Part shown: piece by piece, positions 1 through 9,227 of the stretch
How positions within the stretch are numbered: position 1 is the first letter of the stretch
Layout: every line of letters begins with the position of its first letter
NCBI GenBank assembly: GCA_023663025.1
Contig: JAMPIC010000005.1
Span: 13,735 to 77,734, forward strand
Length of the DNA: 64,000 nt
Source: Prevotella sp.
Lineage (GTDB): Bacteria > Bacillota > Clostridia > Oscillospirales > Ruminococcaceae
Reading direction: 5' to 3'
Program-made: the position numbers and the translations under genes
Notes under the pieces: model-generated
What the model was told of the DNA's origin: nothing
Database searches by the model: none
The model's input: only the letters and a program-made list of their open reading frames with translations

Positions 1-709
1 CATACAAATCTCTGTACTTGCCCTTTGACTTAATTCCCTGAAAAACGGCAATCGGCTGTGACATATCTGGTATCGGTATACTTTCAATTTCAAGGTCGAG
101 TGCCTCTTGTATACGCGCACCTGTGAGGTACAAAAGTTTGTACAGAAGCCTATCCCGCTGTTTATCAAGAGCATTAAGAACCACCGACATTTCATCATCT
201 GTAACAAGTTTGAACTGCCGAGGACTTTCTTTAACCTTAAAAATGGACTGTTTCGTCATATTGTCACGTTTGGCGTGGTGCAGAATGCTTTTGAACATAT
301 TGAACGGACGTTTTACGTTCTCCATAAGAATAGGATTTTCAATGTCGCTCATATACGCTTGATACTGATAAAAGCTATGCACCGTGCTGAGTATGCGGTT
401 GATTGTGGTGTTGGTTCTTGCGCTTTCCTTGTGCAGAGCAATGATTTTTTCGGAATCATCGCCTCTGCGGAGAAAGTCCACAAAATCCAAAATCATATTG
501 GGCGTGACTTCATCATAATTCAGACTTTTCTCCGACAAAAAGCACCAAAACGCTTTTAAATCCGAAGCGTTGGCAATGAGGGTATTTAAAGCCCTGTCCT
601 TGCCGTACTGAAAACGAAGAAAATCGTTTACGGGTTTGACGGGTTTCATCAAGTCATCGAGCAAAATGACTAAACTCTCTCCGTCCCTTGTTACTGTGTG
701 AATTTCCAT
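1..709 (-). CDS. Tyrosine recombinase/integrase, 3'-partial (runs off the left edge)
   Basis: Absent from the ORF track because it has no stop inside the window. Reverse-strand translation from the ATG (complement of 707-709), with GGAGG about 9 nt upstream, gives MEIHTVTRDGESLVILLDDLMKPVKPVNDFLRFQYGKDRALNTLIANASDLKAFWCFL...LYKLLYLTGARIQEALDLEIESI. This is an N-terminal SAM-like core-binding domain followed by the box-I 'TGxRxxExLxL' arginine motif of tyrosine recombinases. Confidence 0.75.
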   Translation of the reverse strand, partial: MEIHTVTRDGESLVILLDDLMKPVKPVNDFLRFQYGKDRALNTLIANASDLKAFWCFLSEKSLNYDEVTPNMILDFVDFLRRGDDSEKIIALHKESARTNTTINRILSTVHSFYQYQAYMSDIENPILMENVKRPFNMFKSILHHAKRDNMTKQSIFKVKESPRQFKLVTDDEMSVVLNALDKQRDRLLYKLLYLTGARIQEALDLEIESIPIPDMSQPIAVFQGIKSKGKYRDLY

Positions 710-1104
710 TGGTTTTTACCTCCTGACAATGTGTATATGATTTATGCGTTTGCATTATCATTTTACACCTTTTTGTCAGATTTTGCAAGACCTTTGGAAA
801 TGTGTTATATGTTGAATGATTTTGCTTATGTTTTAACTGTCATTTTACAAAATCAAATTCCCTCAAATCTTTTGTACATAATGGGTTGAGACTATTCTAA
901 CGTATCATACACTGGGGGACTGAAGATAACATAAAATACCTCCGTTTATACTAATTCGCCTATCAAACATTATAGCATAAAATAAAATTTTGTCAATAAA
1001 TATTACAAAAATGTAATACCCAAAAGATACGCTCTTTTCGGGTAATTTATTTCAAGTTAAAAAAATGTGATTTTTTTCTCTTGACATTATAGCAATCCTC
1101 CTAA

Positions 1105-1645
1105 TTATCGCCTCAGAAAGCAAGAATAAAACCAGCCCAAGCAATCGCGAGAGGAAACAAGTTTAAAAGCCGCAGAAATCGCAGCAGACAAATCCGAAAC
1201 CGTTCTTGCTTTCAGTTTGCGGAGAATAGCTTTTATTTTAGACCACATCTTCTCAATAGGGTTAAAATCGGGACTGTACGGCGGCAAAAAATAACATTGA
1301 TTTTCAGTTCCTCAATTGCCTGTTTAACAGCTTTTAAATGATGTGTACGCATATTGTCCATAACAACTATGTCGCCCTCGTGAAGCGTCGGCGCAAGCAC
1401 ATTTTTTAGTAGAGCCTGTTCACATAAAACCCGCATCAAAAATCATAAATGCTTGTGCTGTCTATGCAAATAATTTCGGTGCGTATTTCAATAATATTTT
1501 CTTCCTGCAATGCCCTCCAATTGCAGCTGTTTTCGATTATGTACAGTAACCCGCATAAAAAATCATAATTTGATATTGTTGGCTTCTTCCGCAGTATCGT
1601 CATTAAATGCTCTATCCGCTCAAATTGTTCTCTTGTTAATTTCAT
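1105..1645 (-). pseudogene. IS630/Tc1-mariner-type transposase remnant split over three reading frames
   Basis: Three collinear ORFs lie in different frames and together are far too short for an intact transposase: 1436-1645 (MKLTREQFERIEHLM...NSCNWRAL, HTH part), 1233-1439 (GDIVVMDNMRTHH, DDE region) and 1105-1287 (MPPYSPDFNPIEKMWSKIK, the terminal SPxxNPIE motif of DDE_3). Confidence 0.7.
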
Positions 1646-2020
1646 TTTGGTACAATATAAGCATAGTCAAAACTAATTATTTAGTAGTGGATAGATCATG
1701 CTTATTTTAGTGATATCATCAAAACCGTGTTATATCCTAAATTCGGAAAATGTGTAAAAAAGTACACAAAAATGCTGCAAAAATGATTCAGCGGCTTGCG
1801 GTGAGTGCTGTGCTGCAAAAATGCGTATTAAATGACATCAAAAAAGTCGCAAAAAGTATGCAAAAATGATTCATATTTTTCACATTTGATATAATGATTG
1901 AGGTGATTGTTTGAGATTTACTGAAATATGTGATTTAAACGGCTGCCCCGTGAGCAAACGCAGCAAACGCAGCGAAACGGTTTTATACGCGGTTTACGGA
2001 AATTGTAAAAACGTATTTCG

Positions 2021-2893
2021 TCAAAGCTGCCGCCTTTCCGCCCTAAACCGCTTGGGAGTAACCCCTTTATATTTCTTAAAACTTTTTATAAAATGACTGC
2101 AATCGGAAAAACCCGTTTCCTGACTGATATAATTAAGGTCGAAATCGGTGAAAAGGAGAAATTCCTCCGCTTTGTAAAGTCTCATTCGTTCTATGTACTG
2201 CTTGCAGCTCATGCCGTACTGCTCACGGAATTTTTTCGCAAAGCAGGAGTAGCTTAGTCCGCACTGTTCCGCAATATCCGCAACACGCAGATTTTCCGAC
2301 AAAAAATCGTCGATATATTCCGTTATATTTTCAATGGCGCAGTCCTCCGTTTTGGGAATATTTCGGCTGTCAATTACCATTCCGCTGTCAAGCCACAGGC
2401 GAACGATATTCATAAGCAGCTCATATATATTTGACTGCAAAACAAGGTCCCTGCCGTATTTGTAACCGGTAAATTCCGACAGGCACGTCGTCCATATTCT
2501 TTCACATTCAAGCCTTTCGGATTCTTTTTTGTCAAAGAGAATTTTCATTCCGATTTTTTCGGCGTACTGAAAAATACCGCTCAGCTTCGGGGCGTACGCG
2601 GGGGTAAGATTGAACCTGTTTATATCAAATTTCAGCACGGCGTATCTGGGAAAATTTCCGTCCGCGGAATATATTGAATGTACCGCGGAGGGGTGAAAAA
2701 TTATCGTTTCCCCCTTATTAAGGGTGTAGGAAACGTCGCCGCAGCGCATTTCCGCGCAGCCGTCAAGCATATGGATAAATTCCGCGAAATAATGCCAGTG
2801 GGGCTTTACCGGGAATTTTTCATTTTTCGCGTCGAAAACAAAGCACTCTATGGGAGTGTTCAGCGCGTCGCTTTTTTCAAAAAGTCCGCTCAT
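2021..2893 (-). CDS. AraC family transcriptional regulator (cupin sensor domain plus C-terminal HTH)
   Basis: The C-terminus ...AEQCGLSYSCFAKKFREQYGMSCKQYIERMRLYKAEEFLLFTDFDLNYISQETGFSDCSHFIKSFKKYKGVTPKRFR is a typical double AraC HTH. The N-terminus has the cupin pattern HWHYFAEFIHMLDG...FHPSAVHS. Start chosen at MSGLFEKS (2893), which has GAGGTG upstream. Confidence 0.85.
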   Translation of the reverse strand: MSGLFEKSDALNTPIECFVFDAKNEKFPVKPHWHYFAEFIHMLDGCAEMRCGDVSYTLNKGETIIFHPSAVHSIYSADGNFPRYAVLKFDINRFNLTPAYAPKLSGIFQYAEKIGMKILFDKKESERLECERIWTTCLSEFTGYKYGRDLVLQSNIYELLMNIVRLWLDSGMVIDSRNIPKTEDCAIENITEYIDDFLSENLRVADIAEQCGLSYSCFAKKFREQYGMSCKQYIERMRLYKAEEFLLFTDFDLNYISQETGFSDCSHFIKSFKKYKGVTPKRFRAERRQL

Positions 2894-3003
2894 AATATCA
2901 CCTCGGAAATAGATTTTTACAATTTTTTCTGTATAAATATTATAGCACATTTCGGAATAAAATGCTATACTTAATTGTAAATTTCACAATTTCGGAGAAA
3001 AAT

Positions 3004-4830
3004 ATGAAAAAGCCAAAAGAACAAAAAGAGCATATTTTTGCGGAAAAGCTTACCAAAAACGCCGATATTGACGAGGACGTACTCCTCGAAAGCTTCCGCA
3101 GGAACGAAAACCACAGCCTTAAAATACTTATAGGACTTTACAAGGGGCAGTATTTCAAGCTGTTTCTGTCGGTGCTGATGTTTGCGGTGAAGCACACACC
3201 CGTGTGGGCGCTGCCAATAGTCACGGCGAATATCATAAACGCGGCGGTTTCCGCCGGTGAAAACGCCCTGCGGACTATTATAATAAACGTTTCGGTAATA
3301 ATACTCCTGGTGCTTCAGAATTTGCTGACAAATTACCTGCATACATATTTTTACGCAAAGGTGGTGCGGAACGTTGAATGCGGTCTGCGCAGCTCGATGA
3401 TACGCAAGCTGCAGCAGCTCTCGATAACCTACCACAACGAAATGCAGTCGGGAAGATTGCAGTCGAAAATAATGCGCGACGTGGAGCAGATAGAAAACCT
3501 TTCGGCGCAGATATTTATTTCGGTGCTTAGCATTATACTTAACGTGGCGGTGTCCCTTACGGTGGTGCTTAATTCGTCATTTACTGTGTTTCTTTTCTTT
3601 GCCGCGTCGATACCCGTGGCGGTCGTTATAAGAAACGCTTTCAAGGAAAAAATAAATACCCGCAACAGAAATTTCCGCCGCGAAATGGAGGAAACCTCCG
3701 TCAAGGTAATGGAAATGGTGGAACTTATCCCCGTTACCCGCGCTCACGCCCTTGAGGAAACCGAAACGAAAAAGCTGGGTTCTCAGCTTAAAAATGTTGC
3801 GGAACACGGCTTTAAGCTGGATATGATACAATCCTTTTTCGGCTCGGTAAGCTGGGCTTCGTTTCAGATTTTTCAGGTAATTTGCCTCGGCTTTACGGGC
3901 TGGCTTGCGGTGCAGGGCAAAATACTTCCCGGCGACGTTGTAATGTACCAGACATATTTCGGCACTATCGTAAATCAGGTCAGCGGCATAGTCACGCTCA
4001 TACCGATAATTTCAAAGGGACTTGAATCGGTAAATTCAGTGGGGGACATTCTTTTAAGCGCAGACGTTGAGGATACGGGAAACAAAAAGAAAATCAAAAA
4101 AGTAGAGGGAAAAATCGAGTTCAAAAACGTAAATTTCCGTTTTAAAGACGCTGAATTTCCCGTAATAAACGATTTGAGTTTTTCGGTAAAAAAGGGCGAG
4201 ACGGTCGCATTTGTTGGCGCTTCGGGTGCGGGAAAAACCACGCTGATAAATCTTGTGATAGGCTTTCTGCGCCCCAATTCGGGGCAGGTGCTTATCGACG
4301 GAAAAAATCTGAACGATATTGATCTGCAAAGCTACCGCAGGCATATTTCGGTAGTGCCCCAAACGCCGATTCTGTTTACGGGGACGATAAGAGAAAACAT
4401 AACCTACGGTTCGGAAAATATCAGCGACGAATTTTTAAACGAAGTCATAAACGCCGCCAATCTGCGGGAGCTTGTCGACTCGCTGCCCGACGGACTTGAC
4501 ACAAAAATTACCGAGCACGGTTCAAACCTTTCCGGCGGTCAGCGGCAGAGAGTTTCCATAGCGAGGGCGTTTGTGAGAGACCCGAAAATTCTCATTCTCG
4601 ACGAGGCGACGTCGGCTCTTGACACGGTTTCCGAAAAGAAAATCCAGGACAGCATAGAAAGGCTTGTCAAGGACAGAACGACGCTTATCGTCGCGCACCG
4701 TCTTTCAACCATAAGAAACGCGGACAAAATCGCGGTTATCGGCGACGGCGGCATGCTTGAATACGGCACATACGACGAGCTTATGGAAAAGCGGGGGGAA
4801 TTTTACAAGCTGAGGTCTTTGCAATTTTAA
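3004..4830 (+). CDS. ABC exporter, fused permease/ATPase (MsbA/multidrug type)
   Basis: Six-TM N-terminal half, then Walker A GASGAGKTT, signature LSGGQRQR and Walker B ILILDEATSALD. Start at MKKPKEQ (3004) with GGAG upstream. Confidence 0.9.
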   Translation: MKKPKEQKEHIFAEKLTKNADIDEDVLLESFRRNENHSLKILIGLYKGQYFKLFLSVLMFAVKHTPVWALPIVTANIINAAVSAGENALRTIIINVSVIILLVLQNLLTNYLHTYFYAKVVRNVECGLRSSMIRKLQQLSITYHNEMQSGRLQSKIMRDVEQIENLSAQIFISVLSIILNVAVSLTVVLNSSFTVFLFFAASIPVAVVIRNAFKEKINTRNRNFRREMEETSVKVMEMVELIPVTRAHALEETETKKLGSQLKNVAEHGFKLDMIQSFFGSVSWASFQIFQVICLGFTGWLAVQGKILPGDVVMYQTYFGTIVNQVSGIVTLIPIISKGLESVNSVGDILLSADVEDTGNKKKIKKVEGKIEFKNVNFRFKDAEFPVINDLSFSVKKGETVAFVGASGAGKTTLINLVIGFLRPNSGQVLIDGKNLNDIDLQSYRRHISVVPQTPILFTGTIRENITYGSENISDEFLNEVINAANLRELVDSLPDGLDTKITEHGSNLSGGQRQRVSIARAFVRDPKILILDEATSALDTVSEKKIQDSIERLVKDRTTLIVAHRLSTIRNADKIAVIGDGGMLEYGTYDELMEKRGEFYKLRSLQF

Positions 4831-4889
4831 TATTCCGCAGCAAAATTAATTTGGATATAAAAATAAAATTATGAAAGGAATTTGCCAAA

Positions 4890-5909
4890 ATGAAAATACT
4901 GATAATAGGCGGAACGGGAACGATAAGCACCGCTATTTCGCGCAGGCTTGCGGACAGCGGCCACGAGCTTTATCTGCTCAACCGAGGAAACGCCAACGAC
5001 AAATTGCAGTCCCACATAAAATTTATCGCGGCGGACATAAACGACGAAAAAGCCGTTTCGGAAAAGCTGAACGGAATGACATTCGACGCGGTATGCGATT
5101 TTATCGGTTTCGTTAAACCTCAGCTTGAACGGGATTTCCGTCTTTTCGGCGGACGTACAAAGCAGTTCGTTTATATCAGCTCCGCCTCCGCGTACAACAA
5201 GCCGCCTGCCGATTACGTCATAACCGAGGGGACTTCCCTTGCCAACCCTTACTGGGAATATTCGCGCAACAAAATACAGTGCGAGGAATACCTTATGAAA
5301 CTTTACAGAGACGAGGGTTTCCCCGTCACGATAGTCAGACCCAGCCACACCTACTGCGAGACTTCCGTGCCGCTTGGGGTTCACGGCAGAAACGGCAGCT
5401 GGCAGGTCATAAAGCGTATGCTTGATGGCAAGCCCGTTATAATTCACGGCGATGGAACGTCCCTTTGGACAATGACCGACAGCAGAGATTTTGCCGAGGG
5501 TTTCACCGGACTTTTGGGAAATCCCCACGCCATTGGCGAGACGTTTCAGATCACCTCGGACGAAACCCTTACTTGGAATCAAATTTACCGCACGATTGCG
5601 GACTGCCTGGGCGTGGAGCTAAAGCCGTACTATGTACCGTCGGAATTTCTCGCGGCGGTGAGCGACTATGATTTTACGGGAAGTCTTATCGGCGACAAGG
5701 CTAATTCGGTTGTTTTCGACAACAGCAAGCTGAAAAGAGCCGTGCCCTATTTTCAGCCGAAAATCAGCTTTGCGGAGGGAATAAAAAACACGCTGGATTA
5801 TGTGCTTCTGCACAAGGAATGTCAAGCAGAAGATGAAGAATTTGACAATTGGTGCGACAAGGTAATTGCCGCACTTGAAAACGCAAAAAAGGAGATTTTA
5901 AAATGGTAA
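4890..5909 (+). CDS. NAD-dependent epimerase/dehydratase family (extended SDR) protein
   Basis: N-terminal Rossmann motif MKILIIGGTGTIS and an active-site YSRNK (YxxxK). The stop overlaps the next start (ATGGTAA), suggesting translational coupling. Confidence 0.85.
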   Translation: MKILIIGGTGTISTAISRRLADSGHELYLLNRGNANDKLQSHIKFIAADINDEKAVSEKLNGMTFDAVCDFIGFVKPQLERDFRLFGGRTKQFVYISSASAYNKPPADYVITEGTSLANPYWEYSRNKIQCEEYLMKLYRDEGFPVTIVRPSHTYCETSVPLGVHGRNGSWQVIKRMLDGKPVIIHGDGTSLWTMTDSRDFAEGFTGLLGNPHAIGETFQITSDETLTWNQIYRTIADCLGVELKPYYVPSEFLAAVSDYDFTGSLIGDKANSVVFDNSKLKRAVPYFQPKISFAEGIKNTLDYVLLHKECQAEDEEFDNWCDKVIAALENAKKEILKW

Positions 5910-6673
5910 ACGTAAAAGGAAAATGGGCGCTCATCACGGGCGCGGCGAGAGGTATCGGAAATCTTACGGCGAAATTTATGGCGGAACAGGGCTGTAATCT
6001 CATACTCCACAGCAGGGATAAAGCGCACTGCGAAAGGCTTCTTGCGGAGGTCAAGGCTATGGGCGTCGAGGCTTGCGCAGTTCAGGCTGAATTGTCCGAT
6101 TTGGACGGCGTTCAGGCTATGCTTGACGAAATCGACGGTATGGGTATGGATGTTGATATTGTGCTGAACAACGCGGGTATGCAAATTGCCTACCGTACAG
6201 ATTATTACAAGACCCCCGTTTCGGACTACACCGAAAGTTTTAAGATAAACACAATCGCCCCTGCGATGATATGCTACCATTTTATGCCAAAAATGATCGA
6301 GCGGGGCTTCGGCAGAATTGTGAACACCACCAGCGGTATACGCCTTGAACCCGAGCAGGCGGGGTACTCCGCGAGCAAAGCCGCCCTTGACAAAATCACA
6401 ATCGACTTAGGCTCAAAGGTCGAGGGTACGGACGTTATGATAAACCTCACAGATCCGGGCTGGTGCAGAACTGATTTAGGCGGACCTCACGCTCCCAATG
6501 CCCCCGAAAGCGCGATCCCGGAATTGCCGTGGGCGCGTTTGTTGACGACAAAAAGTCGGGACGTTACCTTAACGCCCCCCATTTTACGGGACTTACCCTC
6601 GAAGAGGCGGTTGCAAAGGCGGAAAGAGAATTTGACAGTCCCTACGGGAAATAAGGCGGTGCGGTATGGATAA
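5903..6673 (+). CDS. Classical SDR family oxidoreductase with an apparent -1 frameshift near 6518-6522. The protein-like C-terminus continues in another frame and ends at 6654.
   Basis: TGAARGIG cofactor motif, NNAG and YSASKAAL (YxxxK). After ...APESAIP the listed frame turns into low-complexity junk. The -1 frame instead reads GIAVGAFVDDKKSGRYLNAPHFTGLTLEEAVAKAEREFDSPYGK* and stops 11 nt before the next ATG. Confidence 0.8.
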   Translation: MVNVKGKWALITGAARGIGNLTAKFMAEQGCNLILHSRDKAHCERLLAEVKAMGVEACAVQAELSDLDGVQAMLDEIDGMGMDVDIVLNNAGMQIAYRTDYYKTPVSDYTESFKINTIAPAMICYHFMPKMIERGFGRIVNTTSGIRLEPEQAGYSASKAALDKITIDLGSKVEGTDVMINLTDPGWCRTDLGGPHAPNAPESAIPELPWARLLTTKSRDVTLTPPILRDLPSKRRLQRRKENLTVPTGNKAVRYG

Positions 6674-7592
6674 AATTGCGGAGAATACTCCCTTTGCCGT
6701 TCACGGGGAGTTAGCCGTTGAGGGCGCGTATCTCGTCGATAAAAACGGGGAGAAAGTGCAGCTTCGGGGAATGTCTACCCACGGCATAGCTTGGCGGCCC
6801 GATTACATCAATTTTGAAACGTTTAAATTCCTGCGGGACAGCTGGAACAACAACTGCGTGCGCCTTGCCATGTACACCCACGAAAGCGGCGGTTACTGCA
6901 CCGACGGCGACAGGGAAAAGCTGAAAAGGCTTGTTAAAAACGGCGTTGAATACGCAACAGAGCTTGGTATGTACGTCATTGTCGACTGGCACGTCCTTAG
7001 GGAGAAAAATCCGCTGGTGTACAAGGACGATGCCGCCGCATTTTTTGAGGAAATGTCAAGGCTTTTCGCGGGCTGCGGAAACGTGATATACGAAATATGC
7101 AACGAGCCTAATTCCGCGCCCTGGGAGGATATCGCAGCCTACGCGGACGAAATTATTCCAATAATAAGGGCGAACAGCAACGGCGTGATTATCGTGGGAA
7201 CTCCCGACTGGAGCCAAGGAATTGACAAAGCCGCCGCCGCACCGTTAAATTATGAAAATATAATGTACACCCTGCATTTTTACGCTGCGACCCATACCGA
7301 CCGCCTGCGGGAGAGAATGTCGGTCTGCGCCGAGGGCGGTCTGCCCGTTTTCATAAGCGAGTTCGGCACTTGCGACGCGTCCGGCGGCGGAAAGGTTGAC
7401 CGTGAGCAGTCCGCAAAATGGAAAAAAATCATAGATAAATACGGCGCAAGCTATATCTGCTGGAATTTATCGAATACCGGACAGACGTGCAGTATAATTT
7501 CCCGCAGCTGCAATAAGCTGAGCGGCTGGACTGCGGAGGAGCTGAGCGAGCAGGGAAGGCTGGTTGCGGAATGGTTTAAGAGTGCGCATTAA
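6666..7592 (+). CDS. Glycoside hydrolase family 5 endo-beta-1,4-glucanase-like enzyme, no signal peptide
   Basis: VQLRGMSTHGIAW, NCVRLAMY, VIVDWH, the acid/base motif IYEICNEPN, HFYAATH and the nucleophile motif ISEFGT together form the classical GH5 (cellulase A) pattern. Confidence 0.9.
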   Translation: MDKIAENTPFAVHGELAVEGAYLVDKNGEKVQLRGMSTHGIAWRPDYINFETFKFLRDSWNNNCVRLAMYTHESGGYCTDGDREKLKRLVKNGVEYATELGMYVIVDWHVLREKNPLVYKDDAAAFFEEMSRLFAGCGNVIYEICNEPNSAPWEDIAAYADEIIPIIRANSNGVIIVGTPDWSQGIDKAAAAPLNYENIMYTLHFYAATHTDRLRERMSVCAEGGLPVFISEFGTCDASGGGKVDREQSAKWKKIIDKYGASYICWNLSNTGQTCSIISRSCNKLSGWTAEELSEQGRLVAEWFKSAH

Positions 7593-7621
7593 TAAAAGGC
7601 ATACTTGCGTTTGCGTAATTG

Positions 7622-8415
7622 TCATACAACCCTTTTAAAATCACAGTGTCCCCGTTCTTTTTTATATTCCAAAGGCGTAACGCCCTCATATTTTTTGAAA
7701 ACCGCGCTGAAATATCCAGCGTTTGCAAATCCCGAGGCAACTGCCGTTTTAGAAACGGACATATTTGTTTCCGACAGAGGGTTTTTGGTTTCTTCAAGCC
7801 TGTGTTTCGCGAGGTGTTCGGTGGGACGCATATTCATTGTCTCCTTGAAAATTCTGCAAAGGTGCTGCGGGGTAACGCCCGAAACCCGGGAAGCTCCGAC
7901 ATCGGAAAATCACGGCGGAAATTATCGTCAATATAAGTCAGAACGGGCATAAGAATACTGCTGCGGTCTTTTCCGCCGGACATATTTTTATCTATCACCA
8001 GCCTGTGAAATTCAAGCAGATACTCATAAACCAACCCCGAACATTTATAATCGCCGTAAACCTTGTCGGTTTTTTGCGCGATAAACATTTTATTGTATAT
8101 GGACTGCATTAAATCCGATTTTTCCAGTTTCAGCGCAATTGGCTTTGTCATATTGAATTTTTTCAGCACGTCGGCGCAGGCATAGCCGTCGAAAGCGACC
8201 CACCGCACGTCCCATTTTTCCCCGAGCGGACAGTACTCATGGGGGTAATTTGCAGGGAGGAAAAAATAAAAATTCTCGGCAAGGGTGACGGTAACGCCGT
8301 CATATTTGAGAAACCCTTTATCCCCCGCGCTGAAAAGTATCTGATGATTTGGGTACCCCTCGGGGCGCTGTATATGGTACTGATATTCGCGGTCTTGACT
8401 ATATGAACGACGATT
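7622..8415 (-). pseudogene. AraC family regulator, inactivated (frameshift near 7876-7890 and no usable start codon)
   Basis: ORF 7834-8208 plus its start-less upstream extension (..SQDREYQYHIQRPEGYPNHQILFSAGDKGFLKYDGVTVTLAENFYFFLPANYPHEYCPLGEKWDVRWVAFDG) form the cupin half. ORF 7622-7837, extended upstream as GVTPQHLCRIFKETMNMRPTEHLAKHRLEE...GFANAGYFSAVFKKYEGVTPLEYKKE, is the HTH half in another frame. The cupin frame has no ATG/GTG/TTG between the TGA at 8416-8418 and the GTG at 8208. Confidence 0.75.
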
Positions 8416-9122
8416 TCAAGGGCGTGAACAGACGGGCGGAGGAATGGTTCAAAAAAGGCGGCATTGTCACAATATGCTGGCATTGCGGCAGCAATTTCAG
8501 CGGCAGCTGGGACGAGTGCATGAAAACCGAAATAAAGGACTGGAACAAGGCTCTCACAAAGGGTACAGCCGAATATAAGGCGCTTATCGAGGGAATTGAC
8601 AAGGGCGCAAAGGCTTTGAAGGAGCTTAAAGAAAAGGGCATACCCGTACTTTGGAGACCTTTCCACGAATTTGACGGCGCGTGGTTCTGGTGGGGCAAGG
8701 GCGGTTCCGAAAATTTTGTGAAGCTTTGGCAGATAATGTACGACCGCTATACAAATTACTGGGAGCTGGACAATCTCATCTGGGTGCTGGGCTATTCGGG
8801 AAACGGCAGGGATTATGACAAATGGTATCCCGGGGACAAGTACGTTGATATTGTGGGCGCGGATTCATATTCCGACGGAGCGAACGCCGCTCTTTACAAA
8901 AAAACCGAGAATATTGCCGACGGTAAAATGCCCGTATGTTTCCACGAATGCGGACGTATTCCCACCGTCAAACAGCTTAATGACGGTGAGGCAAAATGGG
9001 TGTGGTTTATGACTTGGCATACTTCGTTTATTACGGACAATAACGATGCCAAAGATTTAAAAGCGATTTATAACGATAAGTACGTTATTACGCTTGACGA
9101 GCTGCCCGATATTTATAAATAA
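8349..9122 (+). CDS. Glycoside hydrolase family 26 (beta-mannanase-like), probably 5'-truncated
   Basis: GGIVTICWH, the acid/base motif WRPFHEFDGAWFWWG and the nucleophile region CFHECG match GH26. The frame opens only at 8334, just before the IRGLDYM segment, so the first barrel strands are missing. The 5' end overlaps the dead AraC gene on the opposite strand. Confidence 0.7.
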   Translation: MGTPRGAVYGTDIRGLDYMNDDFKGVNRRAEEWFKKGGIVTICWHCGSNFSGSWDECMKTEIKDWNKALTKGTAEYKALIEGIDKGAKALKELKEKGIPVLWRPFHEFDGAWFWWGKGGSENFVKLWQIMYDRYTNYWELDNLIWVLGYSGNGRDYDKWYPGDKYVDIVGADSYSDGANAALYKKTENIADGKMPVCFHECGRIPTVKQLNDGEAKWVWFMTWHTSFITDNNDAKDLKAIYNDKYVITLDELPDIYK

Positions 9123-9227
9123 TAAGCGTTTTACACGCGAAAATAAGCCGTTTACCGCGGCTTATTTTCGATTATTTTTATTGATTTATTTCCACAAAAT
9201 ATTTTAAATAAAAAATGGAGAGATAAT

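Noticed and set aside
107-559. A 150-aa plus-strand ORF, and the 123-362 ORF, at the left edge.
   Set aside because: Both are antisense to the much more convincing tyrosine recombinase frame (SAM-like domain plus the box I motif). Neither has an RBS or recognisable motifs.
1911-2096. A 61-aa ORF with a GAGGTG-TTG start downstream of the extended -10 promoter at 1887-1895.
   Set aside because: Its second half is antisense to the 3' end of the AraC gene and the translation has no recognisable features. At most a short leader or antisense transcript is plausible.
8163-8666. A 167-aa minus-strand ORF, and the 8399-8698 ORF.
   Set aside because: Both are antisense to the GH26 coding frame, which carries diagnostic catalytic motifs. 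Neither has motifs or an RBS.
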